Positions 12,591-24,196 of a DNA stretch of 64,000 nt are shown piece by piece; within the stretch, counting starts at the first letter, position 1, and each line of letters begins with the position of its first letter. The DNA comes from Callorhinchus milii (lineage: Eukaryota), in assembly GCF_018977255.1 (NCBI RefSeq), contig NW_024704742.1, positions 23,500,001 through 23,564,000 on the forward strand, read 5' to 3'. A model generated the notes under the pieces. That model saw only the letters and a list, made by a program, of their open reading frames with translations. It was not told where the DNA came from and made no database searches. The position numbers and the translations under genes were made by a program.

Positions 12591-15500
12591 CATTCCCGCA
12601 ATTGTCCCTTATATAAGTTGTAAAGTTTTCTTCAGTTACACAGTAAACTTAATCTATATTCCCAAATGCAATGATTATCATTATTATAGTTGTTCAGTAG
12701 TTCTTCAGTTCATTCTAGATGTACAAATAGTTTCAACTGGCCAAACGTGCAATTCAGAGAGAAAACAGTAGGCCCTGGAAAGTTTAAACAAGCCATTACC
12801 TCTTCAATAAAAGAGCACAAGCACACACAGTGGATGAACACGTTATCCTTTTACCTCTGTACCCAAATTCAGTCAAGATTGACAAGATACCAATCTACTC
12901 TTTGTTGACTACAAGGAGCCAATGTGAAATGTGCTTGGGAGTCTCAACCCAGTTTCTAGTATGTGTTGATCCCATGCTGAACTGCCTATGATTCAGAAAT
13001 AAATTAGCATTGAATTGTTAACCTCATTCAGAAAGCCCATAAAGACTGCTGGTGTGAGAAATTGGAAAATTAAAAATACTGCAGCATGGAAGGTTTGCAA
13101 CTGGAGCATATTAGAGGTAGCTTTGCTTTGTATCTGGCTATATTATACCTGTAAGACCTCAATACAAATATTATACAACAAAAAACGGATGTGTTATTTT
13201 CACAACAATAAAAAAAACTAGCAAGAGGAAAATTAAGTCTTCAATTTAACATATATATTCAAAGTAATTTTAAATAGCTGTATGTGCTGGTGTGACAGGT
13301 TGGGGGGGCAAAATCTTTGCAGTGTATATGATTTTGGATATGAAGGTAAACCAGGACAGCACAAAAGGCTGGTGCTTCACTTCCTACATTAAACAGGCTT
13401 CCCTCCTTCATACATTCCATTTTATAGTTGTGCCTCAGCTAACAAGTTCTCTGATCAAGGATTTTCTGAATGAGTTCATGAAGGCAAACACATGCTTTGA
13501 AGATTAAATAAAGCAAACCATAAACTGATGAGAAGTAGCACCAATATAAATTGCTGCCAGACAGAAATTAATGGTAGCTTACTGTAGACAGGAAATGTAT
13601 GTTAGGGTCTACAGCTTTGCCCTCTCTGTAACAAGAAAACATGTTTGTATGCGTGTCAATCTATTTGTCTTTATTAAGGAAACCAGGAACTAACAACAAA
13701 AAAAAGCCAAGCTGGTTAACCATTCTATACGCAATCAATGACAAATTACCAGATTACACCTTTTGCAGTATTTTCAATTTTTTTTCAAATAACTTTTACT
13801 GTGACATTGCAATGTAGTACACCATAAAATTGGAATTTGCATATCATCCAAATCCATCTCTTAGCTGTGATAATTAATACATCTGGCATCTCAATTTTAA
13901 CTTCAATATTTAAAAATAGAATACAGGAAGAAGAACATCATCATTTAGATGAAGAAACAGCTTAGATAGTTCATATACAATTGGGTCATTCATCTGTTAT
14001 AGAACCATATGGAAAAGTCAGCATTTTACCTGCAACCATGCAAGTATATTTATATATCGCACACTCACACAATTTAAATATATATGCACCTAATATACTT
14101 TGTACAAAGTATTTATATAATGCATATACATTTTATGTGACTGCATTATTACACAAATTCTCGACACTAACAATGTGATCAAAAAACTATTTTCCAAATA
14201 TTTACAATTTATAGCTATATACATTTAGACTCTTGAATTAATTTTTAGCTTCACAAAAAAAGTGCTGTTTTTGTCTGGCACATTTGTCTATTGAAGACAG
14301 AGGTTATTTATCATGCATCTGTTGGAGTGCATAACTTTTGCCTGTCCTCACAGCACAAGCTTGTGATAAAGACAAATGTTACAGTGGTTTTAATATTGGT
14401 AAAGCAACCTTTTGCTTATGCAAACTAACACAGGCAGCATAGTTATTTCAGCATTAAAAATGAAAACATACTATGGTTTGTATCACAGGAGTAATGTACC
14501 ATTCCAGCTAAATAGTCTTGTGATTTCATTCAAATACAAAGGTTGCGCTAATTTCAAGTCTTTTAAAATATACAGAGTATCACAAGGAAACAAAGTCTTT
14601 TCAGTTTCCATTAATTTAACAGGGATTGAAACATAGAAAATGAGTTTCTAGCAATAGCACTTTAATGCAACCTATTCTATGTAACCTTAAATACTTCATC
14701 ACTATACAGCACTCCATATTGTGTAGTCTTCAAGTGCATTTGAAGGTCCTTCAAGAATGAACAACTGAATGTTTTCAAGCTAATGTTCAAAAGCAATGAT
14801 ATCACTGGTGACCGATCACATAGTGGTTCACAGCCCAAATCCCAAAAGATTAGGCAAAATATACAGAGCAAGCCCAAAGACTTTTTGATTCCTACCTTTT
14901 ACATATCTCCTCCAAAGCCATTTTTTAAAAAAAAAGGGCCAAACATAAGACAATCCAAGTTAAATCATTATGCATTTCATTATATCCTATAACAGGGACA
15001 CAATATATTGCAAACATCTCCATTAACGATGCAAACTGTGCCAAAATATAAACAATGGAATCTTAATAAACATACAACTAGCTTGCCAAGAAAATGTGGA
15101 TTATGTTTCGATCAGGAGTTCTGCAACTGCAGATAGAAACAGCAAACTGGAGTCTTTGTGCTACAGCCTACTTAATCACATTTGACTTTCAACATAAAAG
15201 CAAAAAAAGGAATTTTATTTAAAAAATTTACTGTTACCCCGGAAGAAATTTGGTAGTTGATTTGTTTCTAAAACTGGACAGTAAAAACAATTTATGTTAG
15301 GATAAGGTTTTAATTGATTCGGGAATAATAGGCAATACAAATGCATAGCATGTAGTTGAGTAATCAGACTTCTGTTTGACTCAAGGCATGCATTCACCGA
15401 GAATCAACTGCAGGACGTGCAATGACAGAGGCCATAGTAAATTCACCATTTGTGAATTCCTAATGTAAATGTTTTGGCAAAATAAATTATACAGCTGCTT

Positions 15501-16004
15501 CCCTGAAGAAATAGTGTGTCACAGCACCATTTAATAAACTGATTATTTTTGGCTAATACATGTTCTTATTAATTTTACATCTACTAAGGAAGAAAGATAC
15601 AAACAAATAATTCATGTGCATGTCTGTCCTCAGTAGCCTAAATGCACACTTCACATCTTTGTATCGATATGATCACAATGGGTAACATTTGTGAGAATGA
15701 TGAAAAACTGATAGCCAACAGTTTCTTTTCTTAGTTTCCACCCCTCTTTTTCTGAAGATGTGGATTTGTGATAGGATAGGTTTTAAAGGGTGCCAGCTGC
15801 CTCTACTACCTGATCAGTCACTATTTATATCCAAGTCTAGAAAGGGAGATGTTTAGTACCCTATTGAACAATGGGGGCATCATTTCACCCACAAAAAAAC
15901 ATCACATCACTTTACAGTATATCTTGTGAAGTGCTTTGAAATGTCTCAAAAATGTGATACGGCATTTTATCAAATTCAACGGTGATTATTATTATTGTCA
16001 TAAC

Positions 16005-16218
16005 CAAGTCTGATCCTGTCCCCATGATGTTCACACACAATGGAGCTAAAAACATGGCTATATTTTCCCACAAAGTGGCACATACGATTTGAGGATAGTT
16101 GTAGAGTCACTACTGTCAAATCCACCTCAGCAGTCCAAGGACTGGATTCAGAATCTTCCTGATCGCTCCGGCTTATTTCCACACTGGACAGTGACTTTAC
16201 CAACTGAGTTATTGGGGA
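16005..16218 (-). mobile_element. AmnSINE2-like old SINE
   Basis: tctgatcctgtcccc...ttcacacac, tggctatattttcccc, gaggatagttgtagagtcactactg and a head ending accaactgag. Confidence 0.55.
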
Positions 16219-19200
16219 AAGAGGGGTATGTATGATGCATCAGCTTCATTTAGGAGCACAATGAAGTGAAACCAGTCCTTTAGTCTTTCTTAAGAAACGT
16301 GCAACATTTTCTTTTAAATAAAAACAAAGGTCAATTTTAAAAACTAGCTGCTTTACTTACTAATCTTGTACTCAAAATCCTCCACTGAAGTAATAGACTT
16401 GATTACTATATTTTTGATCAAATTGATAAGATTAGAAAATCTACTGGAATTTATTGGAAAAAAAACATTCAATTTACCGAAAAATAGAATAGTAATTATC
16501 TGTAACAGAATAAGCTGTGCAGATGTTACACAAACATCTCTGCAGCTGTATCCTTAACTTCCATTTCAGTTACAATAAATCAATTTAAGTTATAGCATCA
16601 TGGGAATTTTTTTAAAAAATCAAATGCCTTTAAACACTCGTGTGTGCACACTGAATTAAGTCAGTCAGTTCTCCCTTAAGCCTACCCCAAAAATAATAAA
16701 GTTTAAGTGCAAATAACAAAGTATGTGATTTTAAATTATTCATCCCTGTTTGTGCACAAACCACAACACTTTCAACCTACTATACTTGTATAGGATATGA
16801 AGGAAAACCTGCACATTTTACACATCCCATTAAAAATTCAGCCCAGGCATTCACATCCAAGCTGCTTGGTTCTAAAATGACATACTACAAGATAAAATAG
16901 TAATGCTAATATTGATAGTTTGTCCATTACAGGTCAGCTAACTGTCCACTGGAACAGTTACAAAGCTGTTAGTTTCGATTTCACAAGGCCAATCAATACG
17001 GAGGCATACTGTTTCAATTTTACCTGCATTGATTTTTTTTGTAACACCCCAACCTCAGAGCATTCATCTTTCTGAAGGAAGGAAGATTTGATTTACTGAA
17101 GAAAAATTGGTGAGAGCATCACAAAGATTTTACCACCAAGTTTGTGACACAGAAAAAGATGAATGTCCCCAAGGCAGGGACGCCTCTGCCTTAAGGGCAT
17201 CCATTAGAACATATTCACGTAGGCTACTGCAGCCAGAGCTTGCACTTAAAGCCAGCAAGTCTGCCACCTCAATTAAAGAAAAATGTGTAAATGTGTTCTG
17301 GAGACATATTTCCATTGCACTATGCACTTTATAGACACAGAAAGAAAATATATTTGCATTTTATAGACACAAGGAAAATATATTATACGCCTTATTGTCA
17401 GGAGGTGGCTGCTGCTTTTTCTGAACAGCAAAATGCCAGCTTTCTCGATACCTAGAGTGAATTTCCATGGTACATTAGTCAGCCTATTAGAATGCAATGA
17501 AGGACGATATGAGAAAAGGGGAGTATGTCCTTAGAGACTTCAATCCAGCGTTCTCCATCATCTCTCTTCATCCTTCTTACATTCAGCCACTTTACCAAGT
17601 GTCATCTACATGAAAGATGATTTGTCTCATGACCCAAATAAACACAATGCCTGCTCTGTGTGCAACAAAAAATTACTTCTGCCACTCTCCTTATACGCAG
17701 CCCCCCCTTTGCTTATTCCACCATTTTTTTATCTAATGGCATAATGGTATCACCTGGGTCTCACTACAGGTGACAGTAACATATGAACAGGTATCGCCTG
17801 TCCACTTATTTCCTGAAATCACCCAGCATTTGAGAAAGCAATGACAGAGAAGGACACACAGTAATGTGTGTCTTCTCCCTTTTCAAGGCTAAGTCTCTGG
17901 ATGTCAGCAATCCACAAAACCTCACAGCTCTTTCTCTTGGTGGTGGAAACTGGCTTAAGCTAGATATGAAGACACAAATTGCATTCAGGCAGGTCACTAG
18001 GTGTCAAAAAATATTAGATGCCTGCTGTGAAGAAACGATAATTCCCATCTGCTTCTCAGAAAATAATATTTTCATTTGCTGTTTTTATTGAAAGGAAACT
18101 TCTGGGAATATGTCTGTATAAGAGGTATCAGGGACAGCAAAGACAGCATGCTGTAAAGGTTATAATCAGGAAAGCATTATCCATAAACAAGCAGATTTCA
18201 TTTAGTCGGTTTAGATGGTATAAATTGGATTTTTTTGTTCTGTGCATGCAGTTATGATGCAGTACCAGATGTTTCTCAAATGCCACATACTGGGGCTCCT
18301 ACGTTGAATGTAGCACCTGACCTTCTACATAATTGACGAAAAATATTGATGTAATGACACAAGTCTGATTGTGATTTATTAAAACCACTGGCAATCCCAG
18401 GCAGGCTGCCAGCATTGCAGCCTAGTGATCACATGGCATTAGGAAAGTCATCAATATCAAAGCAAATATAAATAACATTAATGGGAAAGTATTAGAGATT
18501 CAAGACCAAATCCAGCAGAGGTTTTTTTGTGTGTATGCAAGAGGCCACCTGTACAATACACTGCACAAGGAACATGCTTTATGTTGAACCCCTAGTCTAA
18601 TAATTATTAAAGGTTAGTTTTGAATGAACATTTCTATCATTGTGCAGAATTTAGATATGAATAAGAAGAATCACTAACAATACAACAACCTCATTTTCCC
18701 CTTCCCACCATGCTCACCTCTCTCCCCTTTTCCTTACAGCCAAAAGGATATTATGCACATGGATTTCTTCATGACTGCTATTCATTCTGGCAACCAGGTT
18801 AGATATTTAACATGGTCGAATACCCATTTATATTTCATCTTCAACCTTACCTGACCACTAAAATAAATTGTTTGGTTTACTAAATATCTCAAAAAATCTG
18901 AAGTAGTTTGGAAGATGCAGAATAATTTTTTTTAAAAAACACAGGATACTTATTATCAGATCTATATTAGGAGAGATTGTACGCACCCATTTTCCACAAT
19001 TCTTGATGAAGAAACATCTACCTCCTTTCTGTTATTTTTTTTAGTGAAATATATATAATTAATGCATTGCTATTTATTAATGTTAGGAATTAATTATTCA
19101 TTAGTGAAATATTTTCATCCTGAATTCAAGCAAATTCGCATATTTCACAAGTGTAGTGTCATGTAACGTCATAATAGAACCAAAGCAATATGTACATTTC

Positions 19201-20291
19201 TGCAGCTGTTTCACTCCTGGCTAAACCAAATGCTTATTAACATATAGGCAGGCAATTAGGTATTGAAGTTATGACATGAGGGTATGACGTAATATCAAAG
19301 TAAATTAACACCTTAGCTACTCATCTGAAGTCAGCAGTGGACTTGTTAAACCTTGGAGCTCACGATTAAAGTCATGATTTGTTTGCTTAAATAATATGTA
19401 AATCTAGATCTATTCAAACTCTCAGCAACAACAACAAGAAGATTACATTTTTATAGTGCATTTCACGTCAAGAGGACATCCCAAGGAGCTGAATGGTGGA
19501 AAATAATAGACAGGCTTGCCTGGCAGCTTCTCAGCCCAAAGTATTATCACATTAACTTCCATAGAAGATAATCTATGGAATCCTGGCCTCCTCAACTCCA
19601 GCTTAATTTTAGAATCATAGTATATTTTCAATACAGTTTACCTATAGCAGAGGTGTGACAGCTACATACTGGATCGCTCGTCTCTACCAAACTTTCCTTT
19701 GGCATACTAAAAGGCGTACTAAAATCCTTCGACTTTGTTTGCTTTAACTCCTGAAAAGTTTTTAATTCATACTTGGGAGAGGGTGGGGGGGGGCAGAGTC
19801 CCACAAATTATTACACTTACTTGCTGAATTCACATGTGAGGTAATGCTTTGAAATAATGTTCACTTATTAACAAAAAATCAAAAATTGCAACTTTATTGA
19901 TGATGTCCAAGATTTATCACTGTGTTCATCAGATGGATATTTGTCTTTATAGGCTTAGGTATTTAATCACACGTTTCGTGTCAGCACTCCCAAGACCATC
20001 TCCCATTAATTAGAACTATAAATGATGACCTGTCCAGAAGGACATCCATCCCCGTCTCCAAAGTGGACAGAAATGGTACAATTCGTATGATTGTTTGCAG
20101 TCTCCTCCTCCCATTTATTTAAAATTACTTTACTTGAGCAGGCGACCACTAAATTATCTAAAACTTCACACTCAGACCACATTCTAACAACCTCCCACTG
20201 GACGAGGTGCTACATTTACCAATTGGTTATATTGCTTACAAGCATTTAGTTATATAGCGTCCTTGTCCACTGGAAATTAAGGGATTTATAA

Positions 20292-20654
20292 AAATAATAA
20301 TCCTTGCATTTGATATACCGCTTTTCACACCTTCTAAAGGTCTCAAAGCGCTTCACAGAGTATACTGTAAAGTGAATTGACTGTATAGTTGTGGGCGAAT
20401 CACAGCAGCCAATTGTGCACAGCAGTGTCCCACAAAGAATGGTGGATTGAGTGATCAAATTATTTTTTTTAGGGATTATTATCCCCGGAAAAGCGATACT
20501 CCAGTCGACTAACAACTGGGTTTCTACTTACTGCTAGATAAACAGAAGCATGTGCAGTAAAGAAACTTGCCCAACATTTCGCCCTGCCGTGAATAGAACC
20601 CAGATCTCTCACTTGCAAGGCAAATGCTCTAACCACTGAGCTACAGGACTCCAC
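20292..20654 (-). mobile_element. Full-length SINE: tRNA-derived head + Meta-like domain + Deu 3' part + L2-like tail
   Basis: Minus strand GTGGAGTCCTGTAGCTCAGTGGTTAGAGC...TTGCAA...GGTTCTATTC (A/B boxes), then TTGGGCAAGTTTC...GCTTCTGTTTATCTAGCAGTAAGTAGAAACCC, then TGTGGGACACTGCTGTGCACAATTGGCTGC, then ATCAAATGCAAGGATTATTATT. Confidence 0.88.
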
Positions 20655-20789
20655 ATATTAGAGGAAACAATCACTTCTTCCACCCTGTAAGAATTTTCTT
20701 TTATTGTTCAGAAATCTATACTTTGTGCAGCCTCTTCATCATGAATACAGTTTGGGTATGAGTGCATATTTTGACACTCCTTCTTATAG

Positions 20790-21180
20790 TAACAATCCTT
20801 ACATTTGATACAGCATCGAGTAAATCTCAAAATGCTTCACTAGATTTGCTGTAAAGTGTAGTGACTGTGTAATGACAGCAATGTCCCACAAATCGCTATG
20901 AAGTGAATGACCAATTTTATCTGGGGATTGTTGGCCCTGACACAAGGAGAACTCTCTTCTCTTTTTGAATAGTGCCACGGCATCTTTAATGTCCACCTGA
21001 ACAGGTAGACAGGACCTTGGTATAATGTCTGAAGGACGACACCTCCAACAATGCAGTTCTCCCTCCTGCACTGGACTGGAATGTCAGCCTGGACTATATG
21101 AGTTTGAAGTCCCAACTTGGGGCTTGAAATCACAACTTTCTGGCTCAGAGGCAAGAATGCTACCAACTGATCCAGACTGA
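20790..21180 (-). mobile_element. Full-length Deu-domain SINE (SacSINE1-like)
   Basis: Minus strand GATCAGTTGGTAGCATTCTTGCCTCTGAGCCAGAAAGTTGTG...CAGGTGGACATTAAAGATGCCGTGGCACTATTCAAAAAGAG. Confidence 0.85.
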
Positions 21181-23265
21181 GATACAAGGAGCCAGGCTCT
21201 TTAGCACTAATACAAGCAACTCTCATTATTCTTGACTGAAATAGCCTCAAGATTGCAGTGTTGGACCGCAACAAGACTTCTTGAAAATTGCATTGAATTC
21301 CTGTTCAATGAAGTAAATCTAAGATAAATTAGATTTGATAAAAGAGACAAATATGCTATTCATTTTACAGTATATCATTGCAATACAGTATCCAAATAAT
21401 CTCCAATGCCCTTTTCCTTACATTCCTATACAATAATTGCTGCCAAACAGAACAATTATGATTGCAATAATTATTTTCTGAATTGCTATTGACATAGTTA
21501 TCTTTCTTTGACACCAAGGTGTTATTAAACCAATAAAGCTGACCAATTCTGTAAGCAAAATCCAGTGAGAAGAGATCTGTAGAATCAAGCTATTCTAACT
21601 TTAAGGAAAGGAACCACAAGGATACAAAAAAAAGATCTACTGCAGGAACATACATAGGTATTTTCGTGTTGGACAAAAGCAAAATATCAGGAAAAAACAT
21701 ACCAACAACTAGGGAGAGTTTTATGCAGTATGAGAAACTGTACGACTCTTACACAACTGCACAGATGATCAAATGCTTGAGAATATAGGGGCGTAATTGT
21801 AGCTTGATGGATGAAGAACCCGTTCCAAAATAAATGGAAGATAAATAAATGATGAAGAATGGATATTCACACATTGTGCAACAAACAGATTTAACCCATT
21901 TTGAAACTGACAGTAAAGGAGTTCAGAAATGTAATTGCTCCATTCCAAAGTAAATCTGTCCCAGTTTCCTTACATCTACAATCTGAATATAAAATTTAAA
22001 ACAGAAAACCACAAGATGATGTTCAAAGGCCTCCTTTTTTGCCCAGTTGTCATAAAGGAACAGAAGCGGGGGGAGAATCAATTTCAATGGTTAATTTGGA
22101 TATATATCCTGCACTAGTGTTGTTAAAGATTCAGATGTGACGTTTCATGAAGACGTCTGATGAAATAAGCTAAAACATTAGCCCATCTTTCTCTTCCAGT
22201 TTATCAATCTGCTGTGTAGTTCCAATCTTCAAGTTTTGCTCTTGTTATTGCTAGACTGGACCAGACATGATATCATTCAACAGCCCACAAGCCTTGTGGC
22301 CTACAGAAAGTCTGTGCATCAGTGTTTAAATATCCATTCTTATGTAGAATATTACAATATCCCGCATCAATCACTCTAGTTATCATTGGACTAATATTTT
22401 TATAAAGTTGAAGTCAATGGAAAATACTGCTTTTTTAAATCATTGCACTGTAATGTTATTTTACTTCTAAACCTTGTTACTGCTGAGCAACATACGTACC
22501 CATCAATCTGCCAACTTATTAATAGTAACTGCAAATTTCCATCAACAGAAATGCATAGATTACAAATTTGAGCAATTATTTACGTAATTTAAATATCTGT
22601 TATGGTATTGTTCCACATTTTAATTTCTCTAAAGATACCTACTTTTTCTCTGTCTATAATCATAATTTTTATTCATTCAATAGAAAAACAGCTATCAAAC
22701 TATCCTGTGCTTTGTAATATTCAATCAAGTATACTTATTACTTGGTAGTGAACCTTTACTCTATCTTTCCTAGAGAATGATTTGAAGCATAATATAACTG
22801 AAGTGTTTTAAACACTAAGTCAGATATTTATTTCATATAACCCCAGTTGGCAAACACCAAAAACAGTTCAGAGACCTATCAAAAAAGCTTTAAGTTGTGC
22901 TCTTGAAACATTAAAAGGCAATATTTCTCTGTGGAAAAACAAACTGAAACTGATCGATATTGAGCATATCTAGATAAATAATTGTTTTCTTTCCTCACAA
23001 TATGGCATCTTGAAAAGGTGGTACGTGAGGTGCACTCCATGTAACTTTGGGCAGTATTTTAGCATTTTACACTGAATAGCAATCACCAAGATTCCACACA
23101 GGATGGCAACATTTACACGCTCCATTATAATAGTACATTATCTCATTTTAAAGATAGAAAGAGCATATTCACTGAACCAGGCACCACATGAAAGTTTACA
23201 AAATGTTCACTTCCCAGGAACTTTATGCTACTAATAATAATGAAAAGTTCATAACCAAAGTTTAC

Positions 23266-23432
23266 CTCTGTGAAGAGTTTCCCCAGGCTCCATGCTTGTC
23301 TGTCAAAATGTTGATTATCTTTTGTATCAACTGAGTGGATGTCACATGATCTCGGTACTTTGCTGCTCTTATCAAATGATCGCACATCTTTTCTTCTTCC
23401 CGTCTTTCTGCCGAGTACTGGGCACAAAGTGA
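23266..23432 (-). CDS. LRBA: LRBA internal coding exon (167 nt, phase 0 to phase 2): SLCAQYSAERREEEKMCDHLIRAAKYRDHVTSTQLIQKIINILTDKHGAWGNSSQ
   Basis: Minus strand reads ttccttatttcttgacag|TCACTTTGT...TCACAGAG|gtaaac. The ORF track shows another frame. SLCAQYS, IRAAKYRDH, QLIQKIINILTDKHGAWGN match LRBA, whereas NBEA has SQCAQYA, ISAAKHRDH, QLKQKILNILTNKH. Confidence 0.96.
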
Positions 23433-24196
23433 CTGTCAAGAAATAAGGAAAAATGGCGTATTTTTATTTATAACCTTATCATGCTCACAATCAGACAATC
23501 CAAGTCAAAAGGGCAGCAGGGAATAGAATCACTTTGTTAATATCTGTTCACTTGAAAGCCTATATTATCTTTCACACATTCACTCCATCCACTGCCATAA
23601 ATCACATTCACTGATGATAATCAGAAGAATTGTTATCAAGATTTTTTTTTGGCAAAATGCACCTCTCCATCCTTCACTCTCTGGGAGGTGTCCAGTGCTG
23701 TTGTGTGTCAAGGCAAGTAGAAAGCTATAGCATGATCAGACTGGGGTGGTGTGACAGCGATTCTTCCACATTTGTCCTCCAGGAGATAATAGAAATGAAA
23801 GTCATTTAAACCAGTACATGTGATCACAAGTGGCTTTAAAATATCTAGCAAAGATATTTCCTCAGCCCATGTAATGTACAGTGGAGCCTCCATTATCTGG
23901 CATGATCAAAAGGGAGTTTCTGCTTTGCCAATTCTCCTGTTGACTCCTGTTTCTGCTTTGCTCAATTCTGCATTTTGGTTCCCAGCTCATGTGCAGTGGA
24001 ACTGCTATTACCAACTCTACGGCAAATAGCCGAGGTTCAGTTGTATTTCAGAATTACCCATAAAGGTCAACCTAGTAGTAAGATTTTTTTTTCCTAGTGT
24101 TAAGATCATTGGTTTGAGCCACAAAACTATCAAATAACTTGAATAATGCTGTGTTAAGTGAATTTCAGCATTTAAGCTTTTAAATGGAAAAGCATG

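Noticed and set aside
20575..20654. Genuine tRNA-Ala gene (also at 38.8 kb and 62.0 kb)
   Set aside because: Imperfect cloverleaf and continuous with a SINE body and tail; these are SINE heads.
23143..23439. 98-aa ORF from the track (MTVTLCPVLGRK...)
   Set aside because: It is an alternative frame over the real LRBA exon; the conserved frame is SLCAQYS...
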